NCBI GenBank assembly: GCA_051530055.1
Contig: CM121341.1
Location: 8,720,784-8,784,783, forward strand
Source: Neoechinorhynchus agilis
Lineage: Eukaryota > Animalia > Acanthocephala
DNA length: 64,000 nucleotides
Direction of reading: 5' to 3'
Made by a program: the position numbers and the translations under genes. A model generated the notes under the pieces. It was given only the letters and a program-made list of their open reading frames with translations. It did not search any database and was not told the origin of the DNA. This document shows, piece after piece, positions 24,097-36,799 of this stretch (position 1 is its first letter; each line of letters starts with the position of its first letter).

Positions 24097-24267
24097 TAGC
24101 ATATTTGATTTATAAGGGAAATATTTCGAAGGAAGTAACCTCGATTCATCAGTCATCTAAAAAACTCGAGCTCAAGACCTGAATAAGAAAAACATATTAT
24201 TTTTTAGATGACAGATGAATCGAGGTTACCTCCTTCGAAATATTTCCCTTATAAATCAAATATGCTA
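24097..24267. repeat. Foldback element with about 68-bp inverted arms
   Basis: 24097..24164 versus 24200..24267 are reverse-complementary with few mismatches. Confidence 0.9.
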
Positions 24268-24700
24268 TTGCCTGTAACTTTGACTAACCCGAAGGATTTT
24301 CTCTATCGATGATTTTAATGAAGTGTTCCTTTGGATATTTTGTCATTCCTCTTTTATTATTTTCCTTTCACACACACACACGATATTTCGTCCGTTTCGT
24401 TGGACTTAATAAAAAAAGTATTGATCTCGATGGATCTAGACGCAAATACTTGACATAACAGGACAATGTTCAGTTATTAGACGAGATTTCGTAGTTAAAA
24501 ATCAATCATCTTAGTTTATTCAACATCACCATTGACACAATTGAGGTCGGTAGAGACATTGAGTAACGACGGCAGTTTTATGAGACTAGTTTTGGCGAAT
24601 TGACCGAGAATATCTCGTGATATGGAGATTATTTCCCTTTCACACACAAGGGAAATAATAAGAAAAAGGATTAGATTCGGTCGAGTGGTTGGAGATATTG

Positions 24701-25167
24701 TTATTTAGGTTGCTTTTGAACATCCGAGGGAGATTGCGTTAAAGAGACGAACGTACTGATTGAATCATTGTCAATTCAATCTAAGACGAATTACAGAGAA
24801 ATTTGTCACAACACACGCGACATTATAGATTGAGATCAAGTTGTTGCTTTGGTTATTTGTTTTTGTGGCGTCACCTCGGGTCCGTCATGCCCGTTAGCAG
24901 AGGCGCAATTCGGACCCGGGGTCCGGAGTCGAAACGGAAATTGATGATGAGCGAGCGCTTGTTTGTGTTTTAGATGTTGACAACACCTGAAGAGGAGACC
25001 GGCGAGTCTCGAAAATTCGATCAAATAAATGCTTTGGTGAGAGACGTCACAAAAACAATTATAGATTGAATTGATAAAAAAATGACTCTGATTCAATCAG
25101 TGTCGCAAAAGTATATTCGTCGTTTTTAAACCCCATCTCCCTCGGATGTTCAAAACAACCTAAATAA
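24701..25167. mobile_element. MITE-like element of about 470 bp with imperfect terminal inverted repeats
   Basis: Arms 24701..24734 / 25135..25167, inner arms 24771..24783 / 25062..25074. A related left end occurs at about 40060..40130. Confidence 0.7.
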
Positions 25168-25689
25168 TAAATCAATTAAACAAAATATATCCATGAACAA
25201 CTTCTTTACGAATATCTTTTGATTGCCATTCTCGGTCCTTAATGCTGGGCATGAAAACGGTGTACCTCATGAGCGCCATAACCTACCAGCATTTGACTAA
25301 AATGCAATGTGGACGTTGTTCAGGTTCGATCAGTTTACGCTATCTAAAATTCAATGAAATAATGGAGCTAATAAACTGGTTATTGTAAGAGCTTCGGCTA
25401 AACAATCCAGCATCGTCTTTTTTATTTAATTTTGACGGATTCGTAAATGCCTGTGTACATAGAAGAGGCGATTACAAAACGAATACAATTGCATGGGTCA
25501 AAGAAGAATATGACACGAAAAATTCAAAGGAAAAGCACAAAACAGTTTTAGAATCAGCGGGTCGAGATGTACTAAATGAACAGACTAAATTTCTGCTGGA
25601 TGTACTGCTAACGTTGTAAATCGCGTGTTCGAGGACTGAATTTAGTTCTGTAGCTGTGCTTGTAACAGGCGACGGAAATGTTTTTATTA

Positions 25690-25860
25690 CTCGGATCGTT
25701 TGGTATAGCGGCGCAAAGGACTTGGTCAATAAATTGTCTAAGAGATTGAGACGAACCACTGGCGATTCGAGATCATTCCTCGTACGAAACATAGCCAACG
25801 GGCGAGAACGCTGCCTCCTTTCCTTTCGACCGTCACAGCACCAGGACGACACTTGAGAGA
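25690..25860 (+). mobile_element. CRE-clade 3' fragment, same subfamily as 12060..12230
   Basis: Shares ctcggatcgtttggtatagcggcgc...cagcaccaggacgaca with the 12 kb copy. Confidence 0.8.
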
Positions 25861-26386
25861 TCCCGAGGGAACGGTGGTGTGTTTGATTTCTTCTCAAATA
25901 AATTTAAATAATGTACTTAATTTCTTTTAGTGATCAAATGGATGTTTCTCAATGAAGAATTAGGATAATCCCAATAAATTCAGCGGTTCAGAAATAGCTG
26001 AAGTTAATGCAACAATTGTAAAAGATAAGAACAATAGCCAAAAAGGGTTCATGCAGCTGAATTCAGCGTTAAGAGTGTCTCAAATTGATCTTCACTTTTT
26101 TTCTAGTGTACGGAAAATCGAGTACTTAAGCGTTTACTTCGAAGACAAAGTGAGATTAAATTTCATTAATAATACGCTACACTTCCTTTATGAGGTTGAT
26201 AATTCACGAGTTAATCGCAGGAAATTCTGCACTGCTTGAGGGTTTTTGTAGTTTTATAAAAAAAACATTTTATTATCAACGAATTGTTGCAATTCGATTA
26301 AAATCAACAAATTTTGTTTGGCGATAATTATGAATGGACGAAAAATATGACTTTTTTTCATGCAGGATCACATTCGGGTGGAATTC

Positions 26387-27388
26387 TCGTGGACAAAATC
26401 CACTTCTTTTCAGACCTTAATATTTCGTGGACAAAATCCACTTCTTTTCAGACCTTAATATTTCGTGGACAAAATCCACTTCTTTTCAGACCTTAATATT
26501 TCGTGGACAAAATCCACTTTTTCAGACCTTAATATTTCGTGGACAAAATCCACTTCTTTTCAGACCTTAATATTTCGTGGACAACCACTTCTTTTCAGAC
26601 CTTAATATTTCGTGGACAAAATCCACTTCTTTTCAGACCTTAATATTTCGTGGACAAAATCCACTTCTTTTCAGACCTTAATATTTCGTGGACAAAATCC
26701 ACTTCTTTTCAGACCTTAATATTTCGTGGACAAAATCCACCTCTTTTCAGACCTTAATATTTCGTGGACAAAATCCACTTCTTTTCAGACCTTAATATTT
26801 CGTGGACAAAATCCACTTCTTTTCAGACCTTAATATTTCGTGGACAAAATCCACTTCTTTTCAGACCTTAATATTTCGTGGACAAAATCCACTTCTTTTC
26901 AGACCTTAATATTTCGTGGACAAAATCCACTTCTTTTCAGACCTTAATATTTCGTGGACAAAATCCACTTCTTTTCAGACCTTAATATTTCGTGGACAAA
27001 ATCCACTTCTTTTCAGACCTTAATATTTCGTGGACAAAATCCACTTCTTTTCAGACCTTAATATTTCGTGGACAAAATCCACCTCTTTTCAGACCTTAAT
27101 ATTTCGTGGACAAAATCCACTTCTTTTCAGACCTTAATATTTCGTGGACAAAATCCACCTCTTTTCAGACCTTAATATTTCGTGGACAAAATCCACTTCT
27201 TTTCAGACCTTAATATTTCGTGGACAAAATCCACTTCTTTTCAGACCTTAATATTTCGTGGACAAAATCCACTTTTCAGACCTTAATATTTCGTGGACAA
27301 AATCCACCTCTTTTCAGACCTTAATATTTCGGACAAAATCCACTTCTTTTCAGACCTTAATATTTCGTGGACAAAATCCACTTCTTTT
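26387..27388. repeat. Minisatellite, 38-bp unit, about 26 copies, plus one inverted partial unit at 27460..27485
   Basis: Unit tcgtggacaaaatccacttcttttcagaccttaatatt, with no spacers between units. Confidence 0.97.
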
Positions 27389-27685
27389 TAGACATTGGTT
27401 GAAAGTTTTCTACAATTTAAGCTTGGGTAACAGAAAACCTTCAAGCAACGACTGAAGAGATGGATTTTGTCCACGAAATATTAAGTAATAAGAATATTTC
27501 TCGGAGGTTTGTTCGGCGAACAAGAATAAATATGACTTTTAGACTCAAGAGACGCATTGTTGTGTTTAACGATACACTCGGATTAGGCCAAATGTGCCCT
27601 CATAAAAAACCTGTAAGCAAAAATACTTTGTTAAACTCTGTGTGATCGAATCGAGCACAGTAAAAAAGAAGATCACCGACTAATT

Positions 27686-28963
27686 CTACTTGTCCTTTTG
27701 TTTGTCCGTAAGATAGGCAATTCCAGGCAAATTCTTACCTTCCAATAGCTCAAGACTTGCACCTCCTCCGGTGCTGACATGCGACACATTATCCTGCGCT
27801 TCATACTTGGCAACACACGAAGCAGTATCGCCACCGCCGATTATACTGGTGGCGCCATTTTCACTTGTGGCTTTAACGATTGCCTTAAGCATTTCATGAC
27901 TACCTTTAGCGAACTTTTCGAATTCAAACACACCCGGTGGACCATTCCACACGATAGTCTTTGCTCGAGAAATGACATCAGCGAATACTTTGTTCGTTTT
28001 CTCTCCAACATCCAATCCCATAAAATTATCAGGAATTCCTTCCTCAACACTGACAGTTCTGACACCACTGGCATCGTCTGCGAATCTATCAGCAACTACA
28101 AAATCAAGAGGGAGATGAATGCGAACATTTCGGTCTTTCGCCTTGTCCATAATATCCTTTTTAACAAGTTTAGCGCCTTCTTCATCAAAAAGCGAATTGC
28201 CGATCGCCATTGATTTTAAGACTTTTAAGAAAGTGAACGCCATTCCACCGCCAATGATCATTTCGTCGACTTTTTCAAGCAGATTGGACACGAGTAATAT
28301 TTTATCAGCTACTTTAGCACCTCCTAAGATGGCCAGAAACGGGCGTTCCGGATTCTCAAGGGCACGTCCGAAATATTCTAGTTCTTTTTTCATCAAAAAT
28401 CCGGCACATCGGTGCTCACATTGAATTCCGGTGATGCTACTATGAGCCCTATGAGCAGTTCCAAAAGCGTCATTCACATAGACATCGCCTAGTTTTGTGA
28501 GTTTTGCCCTGAAATGCTTAATTTCTTCAGGGGAGGCTTTAATTTTTAGGTCTGCATGGTCGACGCCTTTTCCTTCTTCTTCGACGTAAAATCTAAGATT
28601 TTCCAAGAGAAAAACGGTACCATATTGACCACAAGAATTAATGGCTCCTTCTACATCAGTTCCACAGCAATCGCTTAAGAACTGGACATTAACTGAAGGT
28701 AGTAGACGAGCTAGTTCATCAGCGACCGGTTTGAGGCTGTACCGATCCATTTGTTTTCCTTCAGGACGTCCAAGATGGCTCATAAGTATAACAGCCCGTG
28801 CTTTTTTCTCCAAAGCATATTTGATCGTAGGTAGAGCGGCTACAATTCTCTGATTATTGGAGATTTCACTATTTCGTAATGGAACATTGAAATCTACACG
28901 AACAAGCACTCGTTTATCGTTAAGATCGACGTCTTCGATTGATTCTTTATTGGAGATGTTCAT
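27686..28963 (-). CDS. PGK: Phosphoglycerate kinase, intronless
   Basis: [43 protein letters not shown] and [13 protein letters not shown] motifs. First ATG at 28963. Confidence 0.98.
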   Translation of the reverse strand: MNISNKESIEDVDLNDKRVLVRVDFNVPLRNSEISNNQRIVAALPTIKYALEKKARAVILMSHLGRPEGKQMDRYSLKPVADELARLLPSVNVQFLSDCCGTDVEGAINSCGQYGTVFLLENLRFYVEEEGKGVDHADLKIKASPEEIKHFRAKLTKLGDVYVNDAFGTAHRAHSSITGIQCEHRCAGFLMKKELEYFGRALENPERPFLAILGGAKVADKILLVSNLLEKVDEMIIGGGMAFTFLKVLKSMAIGNSLFDEEGAKLVKKDIMDKAKDRNVRIHLPLDFVVADRFADDASGVRTVSVEEGIPDNFMGLDVGEKTNKVFADVISRAKTIVWNGPPGVFEFEKFAKGSHEMLKAIVKATSENGATSIIGGGDTASCVAKYEAQDNVSHVSTGGGASLELLEGKNLPGIAYLTDKQKDK

Positions 28964-29326
28964 TCTAGAGAACAAGAACGCTCACGCGAAGACTTAATAC
29001 GCGAAAAATGTGAGTATGCGCCAAAAATAGGCACATGAGTGTGCCACACTCGCAAGCGAACGAAAATGGAGACAAGTCTTGACGACGAACGAGATGTGAT
29101 CTCTAGGATGAATCAAAAGGTAGACGAAAGAATAAAAAGACATTATCGATTTTAATGCAATAATGCCCCGTCCTCTAATGATTCGTCATTTTCTTGCATT
29201 CCTCGAAAATCTGATGAGTTCACTCAAGTTGGTGTTTGATAAGGTGCTCAATGGAAGTTTTTTTATTGTAGTTGACGTGCGTTTAAATTCGTCATTTGAT
29301 CGCTGTTTTTTTGTCCGTTAGAAACG
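28964..29326. promoter_or_regulatory. Putative bidirectional promoter between divergent PGK and PTPMT1
   Basis: 363-bp head-to-head spacer; position only, no motif established. Confidence 0.5.
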
Positions 29327-29965
29327 ATGAAAATCTTCAAATCACTTTGTCGTGGACCGGAAAAGAGCCCTCTCTCATTCCTAAATTCTGTTTCGATTAG
29401 TTCATTTTCCCTTTCACAGGTTCAACATGCAACGATCCGCTTTATGTTCTTTCCTTCGTTAACCTACAATCTGATTCTGAACAAGTGTGGAATGCGTGAT
29501 TGGTGGTCAGTGATTGACGAAACCGTGATCCTTGGAGCTCTTCCAATCCGATGGTTCGTTCCATCTCTCTTAGAAGAACATAAGACAATCCGACGAGTTC
29601 TATGTCTGAATGAAGCTCAAGAACTAAAGATATCATACAATGAAACGGATTGGAACAACCACTCAATTGACTTTTTACAACTACCAACCAAAGATCTGTT
29701 CTTTAGTCCAACGGTCTCAGATATCAAGAAAGGCGTGGACTTTATCATGGAGAGTCGGCGAGAAGGAAATCGGGTTTATGTGCATTGTAAGAGCGGGAGA
29801 GTCCGGTCTGCGACCATTGTTGCTGCTTATCTCATTATGGCAGAACAAATGACGAGAGACGATGCTGTGGAATTCTTGAGGGAAAAAAGGCCGTTTGTAC
29901 TTTTTCATCAAAGACAATTGGACGTTCTTGACGAATTCCAAAAAATGGAGGGCAACGGAAACTAA
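29327..29965 (+). CDS. PTPMT1: Mitochondrial phosphatidylglycerophosphate phosphatase (dual-specificity phosphatase fold)
   Basis: FFPSLTYN..RDWWSVIDETVILGALP and catalytic VYVHCKSGRVRSAT. The N-terminus is uncertain because of a strong acceptor at 29419. Confidence 0.92.
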   Translation: MKIFKSLCRGPEKSPLSFLNSVSISSFSLSQVQHATIRFMFFPSLTYNLILNKCGMRDWWSVIDETVILGALPIRWFVPSLLEEHKTIRRVLCLNEAQELKISYNETDWNNHSIDFLQLPTKDLFFSPTVSDIKKGVDFIMESRREGNRVYVHCKSGRVRSATIVAAYLIMAEQMTRDDAVEFLREKRPFVLFHQRQLDVLDEFQKMEGNGN

Positions 29966-30540
29966 TTATATCACAACCACAGAAAACCACGTATTCGAAA
30001 CAATCTAATTAGTAAACAAACGAGTATTATCTTCTATTTCATTAGACAAAACAGTCCTTATAAGTGTTTAAAACATTTCTTACCTTTTTCCGTTCTAAGA
30101 CACACACCGACAACCAATATCTTGAAGTGATTCAATCAATTAGTCGTCGAGGTGGACTGGTGGAAGTTTGACCCGGATTCGTGTTTTAGGACCAAAGAAT
30201 TCAAATCCACAATCGCCGATGACTCACAAACAAAGGGGACCAAATACCTCCTTGAATGACTGAACTTCTGGAAGGATTCGTAGAAACTCATAACCGTATG
30301 CTTCGGAGTCTACTTCCCTGATCCAAGATATCGGTTCGCTGTGTGTCTAACGGCAAAAATGTCGAGTAAGCAATGATCCAAACACTTAATCGAGTATTTT
30401 TCTGCTTTTTCATTTAATACCATTAGATTATTCTTAGTAATTATTATAAATCTTACAACCTCTAAATACTTGTAACAAAGACAAACTTCAATTAATTCTA
30501 CACAGATTATGATGTCAATATACCGCCTTTTGCAATCTTT

Positions 30541-30850
30541 CCCAATCACAAATCCGTCGTATTAAAATGTTTCACGGAGAGGAGCATCTAAAATTTGTAC
30601 AATAAGATTTTCGTCAAACAATTAAAACGCCTCTCAGCTCTAATACAACAATTTTATTCCCATGAGTGTTGTGCTCGTGTGGAAAGGGAACGATACGCTG
30701 TAAAAATTGTGGTGATTAGGATTGATAGGTATTTTGTTCGTTTTATTAAAATCTTATAAAGGCACTCGGTGATAGGGGGAAAATCAGTTGTGCAAATTTT
30801 AGATGCTCTTCTCCGTGAAACATTTCAAGACGACGGATTTGAGATTTGGA
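30541..30850. mobile_element. MITE/foldback element of about 310 bp with about 53-bp terminal inverted repeats
   Basis: 30550..30602 versus 30788..30840 are reverse-complementary with few mismatches. Confidence 0.85.
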
Positions 30851-30899
30851 CAGGATTACCGTCGGTGAGGGATTGTAAGATAAAGCCGAAGTAAAATTT

Positions 30900-31470
30900 G
30901 TAGAGATCGGGTGTAGGGATTCCTAAATGTCGGAAGCGTTTGAGGAGATAAATTTTAAAAGTGTTGCGCTTGAGGGAAAGAACGATGTGCGAGTCTCATT
31001 TCAAATTTGATTGAAATTGGATACCCAGAATTCTTAGGGAGGTTACTCGTAGGATGCCATTTAGAAGCTCAGGGGAGAATATAGGGTTTCGAGAGAATGA
31101 GGGGATCATTTTGAAGCATTTAGAGAAATTAAGGTAGAGTTTGTGATTGGCGCACCAATCTTCTAGGTGATTTCTTTAGAGGTTAAAGAAAGCGAGAGGT
31201 GTGGTGGTGAATGGGCGATGATGGTGATATCGTCGACAAAAGAAAAGGTTAGAATGAGAGGAGAGAGGTTTGAGGTCGTTTAGGAAAATGCTACAGAGAA
31301 GTGGTGACAGCACAGTACCTTAGCCCGAGAATGAATGTATTGTTTGTGACTGCGAAGATAAGATTCGAGCCAGTGGATCTGCTACAAGTTGAGACCAAAA
31401 TCGGAGTGGGCCCGGAGAAGGAGTGAATGGTCCACTGAGTCAAAAGCTTGAGATAAATAAAGTTGAATGA
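30900..31470 (-). mobile_element. Decayed LINE reverse-transcriptase fragment (CR1/L2-like)
   Basis: With frameshifts: GTVLSPLLCSIFLNDL, FVDDITI and DWCANHKLYLNFSKC...LRILGIQFQSNLK*DSHI. Confidence 0.8.
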
Positions 31471-31694
31471 TACGGGTTAAGTGGGAGGGATTATTGTCGA
31501 GGTTACGTAGGCCATCCGTTGCCGATAATTTGAGCCGGAATTCAGTCGCTGATTATCTGATAAAAAATAGTTTCGTTGTTACGACTAACCATTTTCCAAA
31601 CTTTGTTAAAAATGCTGCGGTGCTTAATCGGACGATACCAATTGTCTCAATATCCAGAGAGGTTAGAAAAAGGCCGAGCGACGGTTCGAGATCC

Positions 31695-32370
31695 TGAAAC
31701 TGCGAAGGGCAATTTGCTCTTTGCCATCGTTTTCGAGTAGCTGAAGTGCCATGGAGACGGCATCTTTACCACTGAATTGTTTGGTCATTTCCGCCATCTC
31801 CACTAAAACCGACCTACTTAACGAGAGATGCAATACCACTGTCGAAGCCTTGCGGTATTAGAGTATTAGCCAAGCTGTGGCGATGTATCGTTTTCGGACA
31901 ATCAAGTTCATGGATTCCTTTGGTGTCCACGTCTTGGCCTCTCATTTGCAAATCAATGAGATTGAGCGAGCCACGCCAAAGCGAGACGAAAGGAGCAATC
32001 ATCTATTTTAGAAATCAATCGACGGCATTGGTAAAGCGTTAAGAAAATCACAGGAACATTTGGTTGAGGCTGTGAACTAATTCTTTAGTAATTGGAGTTT
32101 GTTTTTAAAAGTTTCCCTAATTAAATTGACCTCCTCGGCGAGAGATGCAATGCCACTGTCGAAGCCTTGAGTATTAGATTATTAGCCAAGCTGTGGCGAT
32201 GTATCGTTTTCGGACAATCAAGTTCATGGATTCCTTTGGTGTCCACGTCTTGGCCTCTCATTTGCAAATCAATGAGATTGAGCGAGCCACGCCAAAGCGA
32301 GACGAAAGGAGCAATCATCTATTTTAGAAATCAATCGACGGCATTGGTAAAGCGTTAAGAAAATCACAAG
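31695..32370. repeat. Dispersed repeat with an internal tandem duplication of about 317 bp; related copy at about 37505..37825
   Basis: 31820..32052 is nearly identical to 32138..32367. ctgaaactgcgaagg and tctcatttgcaaatcaatgagattgagc are shared with the 37.5 kb region. Confidence 0.8.
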
Positions 32371-32419
32371 CGAGGAGGAGAAAGATGAATTTTGGCTGGA
32401 TCTACCTGAATTGAACGAT

Positions 32420-32995
32420 ATGTGATAACCGGCGATTTCAACGGGCACGTTGGACAGAATCCACGGTGGACACAGTGTGGGATCAAGAAACGCCGAGGCT
32501 GTAAAGCTGTTGGATGGGAAGCAGCGTTGGATTTATGTATTTCGAATACTTTCCAAAACATCCTAGACACCTGACTGAAGGCGCACGCAAAATCAGAATA
32601 TAGAATTGTTTCTGCTGATGTCAAGTGCCAATTCACAAAAGTGCCATTGCACACTCAGCGATCAACCTTGCCATACTTGAACGCAATTTAGAAGGCTGGA
32701 ATTTAATTGAATCTGAATAGAAGGAACTCTTACACCTGTGCACGAGGAATACGAATTTTGAAGGTAAGAGTGGCCCCAGTTCTCGCTGAGTTGTTTATGC
32801 GCGTTTATAAAGGTATTTGGCGAGATTTTAGAAGCTCTTCACCGTGAGATTTGGAAAGGTTGCAAAAGACAGAAAAATCCGTAAAGGATAAGACAAAAGG
32901 ATTTTAGGTACGGAATAAGATTTTAGTTAAGGGTTCTATACGGTGAGATTCAATATATTTGCAAATAATACGCGCCTCCGCAACTTAGTCAATTG
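32420..32995 (+). mobile_element. LINE APE-endonuclease fragment joined to a Penelope-like fragment
   Basis: ITGDFNGHVG at about 32425. 32573..32995 is an inverted near-identical copy of 20243..20625. Confidence 0.75.
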
Positions 32996-33025
32996 TTGCG
33001 TGATTCAGGCTAAATTCCAATTGAC

Positions 33026-33982
33026 CACCTCAGCACAACTACGGAATGTACAAATTCGGCCAACATTTATACTTCGGTGTAAGCGTTTTTAATTCTTAAA
33101 TGTTTTTAGTGGCAAGCCGGATCTTTTTTATTCAGATGTTTATGACATCTCTTTCGTTTGCGTTTAAATCATGAAGCCACGTCGATCTCTTATATATCAG
33201 AGAAGTGATTGAATCACTTTGACTCTCAAAAACATACGGAAACGAGTTTGTATTCATCTCTCCCGATTCTCAGATAGCTCCCCAGAAGGAAGCGGGACTC
33301 ATCAGTGAGTTTCCTCTTCCCTGAAACGAGGTATTTCGGCCCAGTTTTGTTATGAGTCATCGTCCATTGTGGATTTTGAACCCTTTTAACCCGTCGAACA
33401 GGGATTCAGGGCTTAATTCCATTTGAACACCTCGGCACAACTACGGAATGTACAAACTCGGCCATCATTTATACTTCGGTGTAAGCGTTTTTAATTCTTA
33501 AATGGTTTTAATGGCAAGCCGGATCTTTTTTATTCAGATGCTTAAGACATCTCTTTCGTTTGCTTTGAAATCTCTTATATATCGGAGAAGTGATTGAGTC
33601 ACTTTGACTCTCTCAAAAACCCACGGAAACGAGTTTGTATTCATCTCTCCCGATTCTCAGATAGCTCCCCAGAAGGAAGCGGGACTCATCAGTGAGTTTC
33701 CTCTTCCCTGAAACGAGGTATTTCGGCCCAGTTTTGTTACGAGTCATCGGCGATTGTGGATTTTGAACCCTTTTAACCCGTCGAACAGGGATCAAAAACT
33801 CATGTCGAGTAAGAGAAGCTCTAAAAACACTTAATGGAAAAAACACTTAACGCCAACGATGAACACAACGCAAACTTCTTTTCCTAAAAAGGCAGTTTTT
33901 TATCCCTGTTTGGCGGGTTAAAAGGGTTCAAAATCCACAATGGACGATGACTCATAACCAAACTGGGCCGAAATACCTCGTT
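33026..33982. repeat. Tandem duplication (period about 402 bp) whose end pairs with an inverted copy; dispersed family
   Basis: Copies start at 33026 and 33428. 33712..33792 is inverted at 33902..33982. Related pieces occur at about 30200..30260 and 59620..59720. Confidence 0.85.
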
Positions 33983-34054
33983 GAATGGAGCCGTTCTCAA
34001 AATGAGAGAGAAGTGATTTAAAGTGTTCACACATGAGAAAACCTTCTTTTTTAC

Positions 34055-34600
34055 TTATCTTTGAGTTCTATTTTTCGGTGCTTGTTTCATGACTGGCCTT
34101 GCTGCCTTCTCTTGGTGCACTTTGACAGTAGCAGCCTTCGGTGTTTTAGTGGCCTTATCAGCAGCAGCAGCCTTCTTACGAGGTGGAACAGTTCCTCTGG
34201 ATCTTTTAACGTCTTTTACGTGCTTTATAGCCTGTTCACGCATTGCCGTCCTCATCTCAGGCTTCTGATTTCTTAGTGTCATTATATCAAGCATCGTTGC
34301 ACCGGCGAACGCTCTCTGGACTTTATGGGTCCGTTTCGTCCGCTTCTTTACTTCCTGTTCTTGTTGTCCTTTCTTGTGCTGCCGGCGATACAAAGCAGTC
34401 CATCGAATCTCACGTGGATTTCGCTTTAAATCTGCCGATCTCTGACATCTTCCATTGGCATACTGAAACGTTTTGCCGTCACAACGAATGAACCGTTTTC
34501 CGTGCCCAGGGTAAATCTTATGACCACTGTAGAAACAAAGACCTACCCTATGATCAGAATAAGAGTTCAAATCACTGAACAAAGGGAGAACTTACTTCAT
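34055..34600 (-). CDS. RPL24: 60S ribosomal protein L24; join(34600..34596, 34547..34055)
   Basis: ATG AA|gtaagt..catag|G GTA gives MKVGLCFYSGHKIYPGHG; NPREIRWTALYRRQHKKG. Confidence 0.97.
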
Positions 34601-34659
34601 ATCGCAAATATCTCAGACGACCACCAAAACGAAGTGGTTTTCGTTAAGAACACACACAC

Positions 34660-35435
34660 ACACACGAAAGAATCCACACGAGAAACCACTACGTCATCTC
34701 TACTCTGTGTGTGTGTCGCTCATCTTAGAAGGTCATTGCAAAATTTTATAAAAAAATTTGCATCAAAACAACGAGTCTTTAACGGATTTTTAGTGGTTTC
34801 CGTAGATTTTAGTGGTTTTTATGAGAGCGATCTAGGGTTTTTTGATCGTGGAACCACACATTTGAAATATTTTAGAATTGAAGTGCTGGTCATCACGACA
34901 CGGGACGAAAAACACGAAAGAATCCACACGAAAAACTACGTCATTTTTAGGTCGGTCGCATTCCGGTTTTTTTACCATTGAACCGGAGGAAAAAGGAAAA
35001 AGACCTTTGAAACATTTCAGAATTGAAGTTGTGGTCATCACGACGAAAAACACGAAAGAATCCACACGAGAAACCATTACGTCATTTTTAGGTCGGTCGC
35101 ATTCCGGTTTTCTTTACCATTGAACCGGAGGAAAAAGACCTTTGAAACATTTCAGAATTGAAGTTGTGGTCATCACGACACGGGACGAAAAACACGAAAG
35201 AATCCACACGAGAAACCATTACGTCATTTTTAGGTCGGTCACATTCCGTGTTTTCGTCTTAGAATGTTAGATCGTTGCAATCGAATGAAGGTTTTTTTTA
35301 TTGGTTTCCGTAGATTTTAGTGGTTTTTATGAGATCGACCTGTGGTTTTTTGATCGTGGAACCGGAGAAAAAAGAAAAACGACATTTGAAATATTTTAGA
35401 ATTGAAGTGGTGGTCATCACGACACGGGACGAATG
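34660..35435. repeat. Imperfect tandem repeats of about 140 bp between RPL24 and ZNHIT2
   Basis: cacgaaagaatccacacga recurs at about 34662, 34911, 35049 and 35191; 34790..34900 recurs at 35298..35430. Confidence 0.9.
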
Positions 35436-35606
35436 GATATTTATGTGTATTTCTATTTTTGAAGTCTGGCCGACCGATGTGTGGCCTTTTTTCATGGCCT
35501 ATAATTTTATTACTTTTGCAAACAGTCCACATAAAATGGTACTTAATATCCCACGAGCACTCATTGTTTGAGACTTTTTTCAGTTGACCAAAATATTTTT
35601 TTGTAG

Positions 35607-36593
35607 ATGTCGGTTGTTCAAAATTTAAAGGAAAAATGTGTCTTATTGAGACCTGCAATTAAGGCCACTGCTTGTTTTTTCTGTACAAAATCGTTTAAGA
35701 ATCTTTACACTTGTCCTCGATGTCGTCTTGCTTATTGTTCGGTTAAATGCTATCAATCACAAGAGCATGTCTCATGTTCTGAAGCATTTTTTGAAGATCA
35801 ATGCAAGGAAACATTGAGTGGATTGAAATCAAGTGACGAAGATCGGAAAAAGATGAGTGAAATATTGGTGAAACATTACAAAACGCAAGTCGAATCTGAA
35901 GATTTATCCTGTAATAATACTGATAGATTTAACGATTTAGTTAGTTCTGGTGCTATTGGACAATGTATAGAGCCAGTGGAGCCTTGGTGGATCGATTCAA
36001 AAATTCCTTTTAATAGTAAAGCTCCTTTCAAAATGAATAAACTCGAGGAATTAACGAAGCAACCGGTTAGACATGAGTGTCTGATCAACAATATCGTATC
36101 CTCAGTTGTAGGATATGTGAGTGTCTATCGCCGATATGACGGAGAGCTGGAAAATAACTCAGACGCGTTCAGTGATTGGCTTACTTTTCATAGCGTGGAC
36201 CAATCAATTTCAATCAATGATCTCTTCTGTAATATGCGTGTAAGGTGTCAGAATTTACTTGGAATAGATAAACACGGATTCTGGAATGGTTTAGTTTCGA
36301 CGGATGTTGTAGACGGAATTTTGATTGACAAATCAAATCTCCTCAATTGTTTATTTGAATGCTATCGAATGATGAGAGTTGTCGGTAACAATGCTCAAAC
36401 ACGTGAAAGTGCCTATAATCCATTCTATCGAAACAATGTTCAATACGCTTCATTATTAACGAAGGATTTAAAAATTGAGATGAAGAAATGGAAAATGAAA
36501 TTGAAATTCCTCGCTTCTTATGTCAATGAACTTGATTCCCTCGTTCCATTGGTGCAGAAAGTGTCACATGTTTGTTCAATATATAATTTTTAA
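35607..36593 (+). CDS. ZNHIT2: Zinc finger HIT domain protein, ZNHIT2-like, intronless
   Basis: CFFC...YTCPRCRLAYCSVKCYQSQEHVSCSEAFF and later PWW. Confidence 0.85.
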   Translation: MSVVQNLKEKCVLLRPAIKATACFFCTKSFKNLYTCPRCRLAYCSVKCYQSQEHVSCSEAFFEDQCKETLSGLKSSDEDRKKMSEILVKHYKTQVESEDLSCNNTDRFNDLVSSGAIGQCIEPVEPWWIDSKIPFNSKAPFKMNKLEELTKQPVRHECLINNIVSSVVGYVSVYRRYDGELENNSDAFSDWLTFHSVDQSISINDLFCNMRVRCQNLLGIDKHGFWNGLVSTDVVDGILIDKSNLLNCLFECYRMMRVVGNNAQTRESAYNPFYRNNVQYASLLTKDLKIEMKKWKMKLKFLASYVNELDSLVPLVQKVSHVCSIYNF

Positions 36594-36799
36594 CTCTTGG
36601 ATAAAAGATACTTTCTTCTCTTCTTAGTTTTGCCGCCAGAAATTTAAATCTTTACTAATTTATTTCCCCGATATTTCGTCCGTCTTTTAATTACAAACAA
36701 TATGTGGCGGTGGGGAAAAATTATATATCAAAGAATGATTTAAATATTTGGTCCAATCACACTGGACTTCTTCAGTCAATTAATCGAAGCACGAGCAGG

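Noticed and set aside
26387-27388. CRISPR-like appearance (38-bp palindromic repeat)
   Set aside because: Units are contiguous with no unique spacers, there are no cas genes, and the context is eukaryotic.
27779-28853. Antisense or alternate-frame ORFs over PGK, and similar ones over HERC4, FoxC, SLC25A26 and COASY
   Set aside because: They are shadows of real coding sequence with no independent support.
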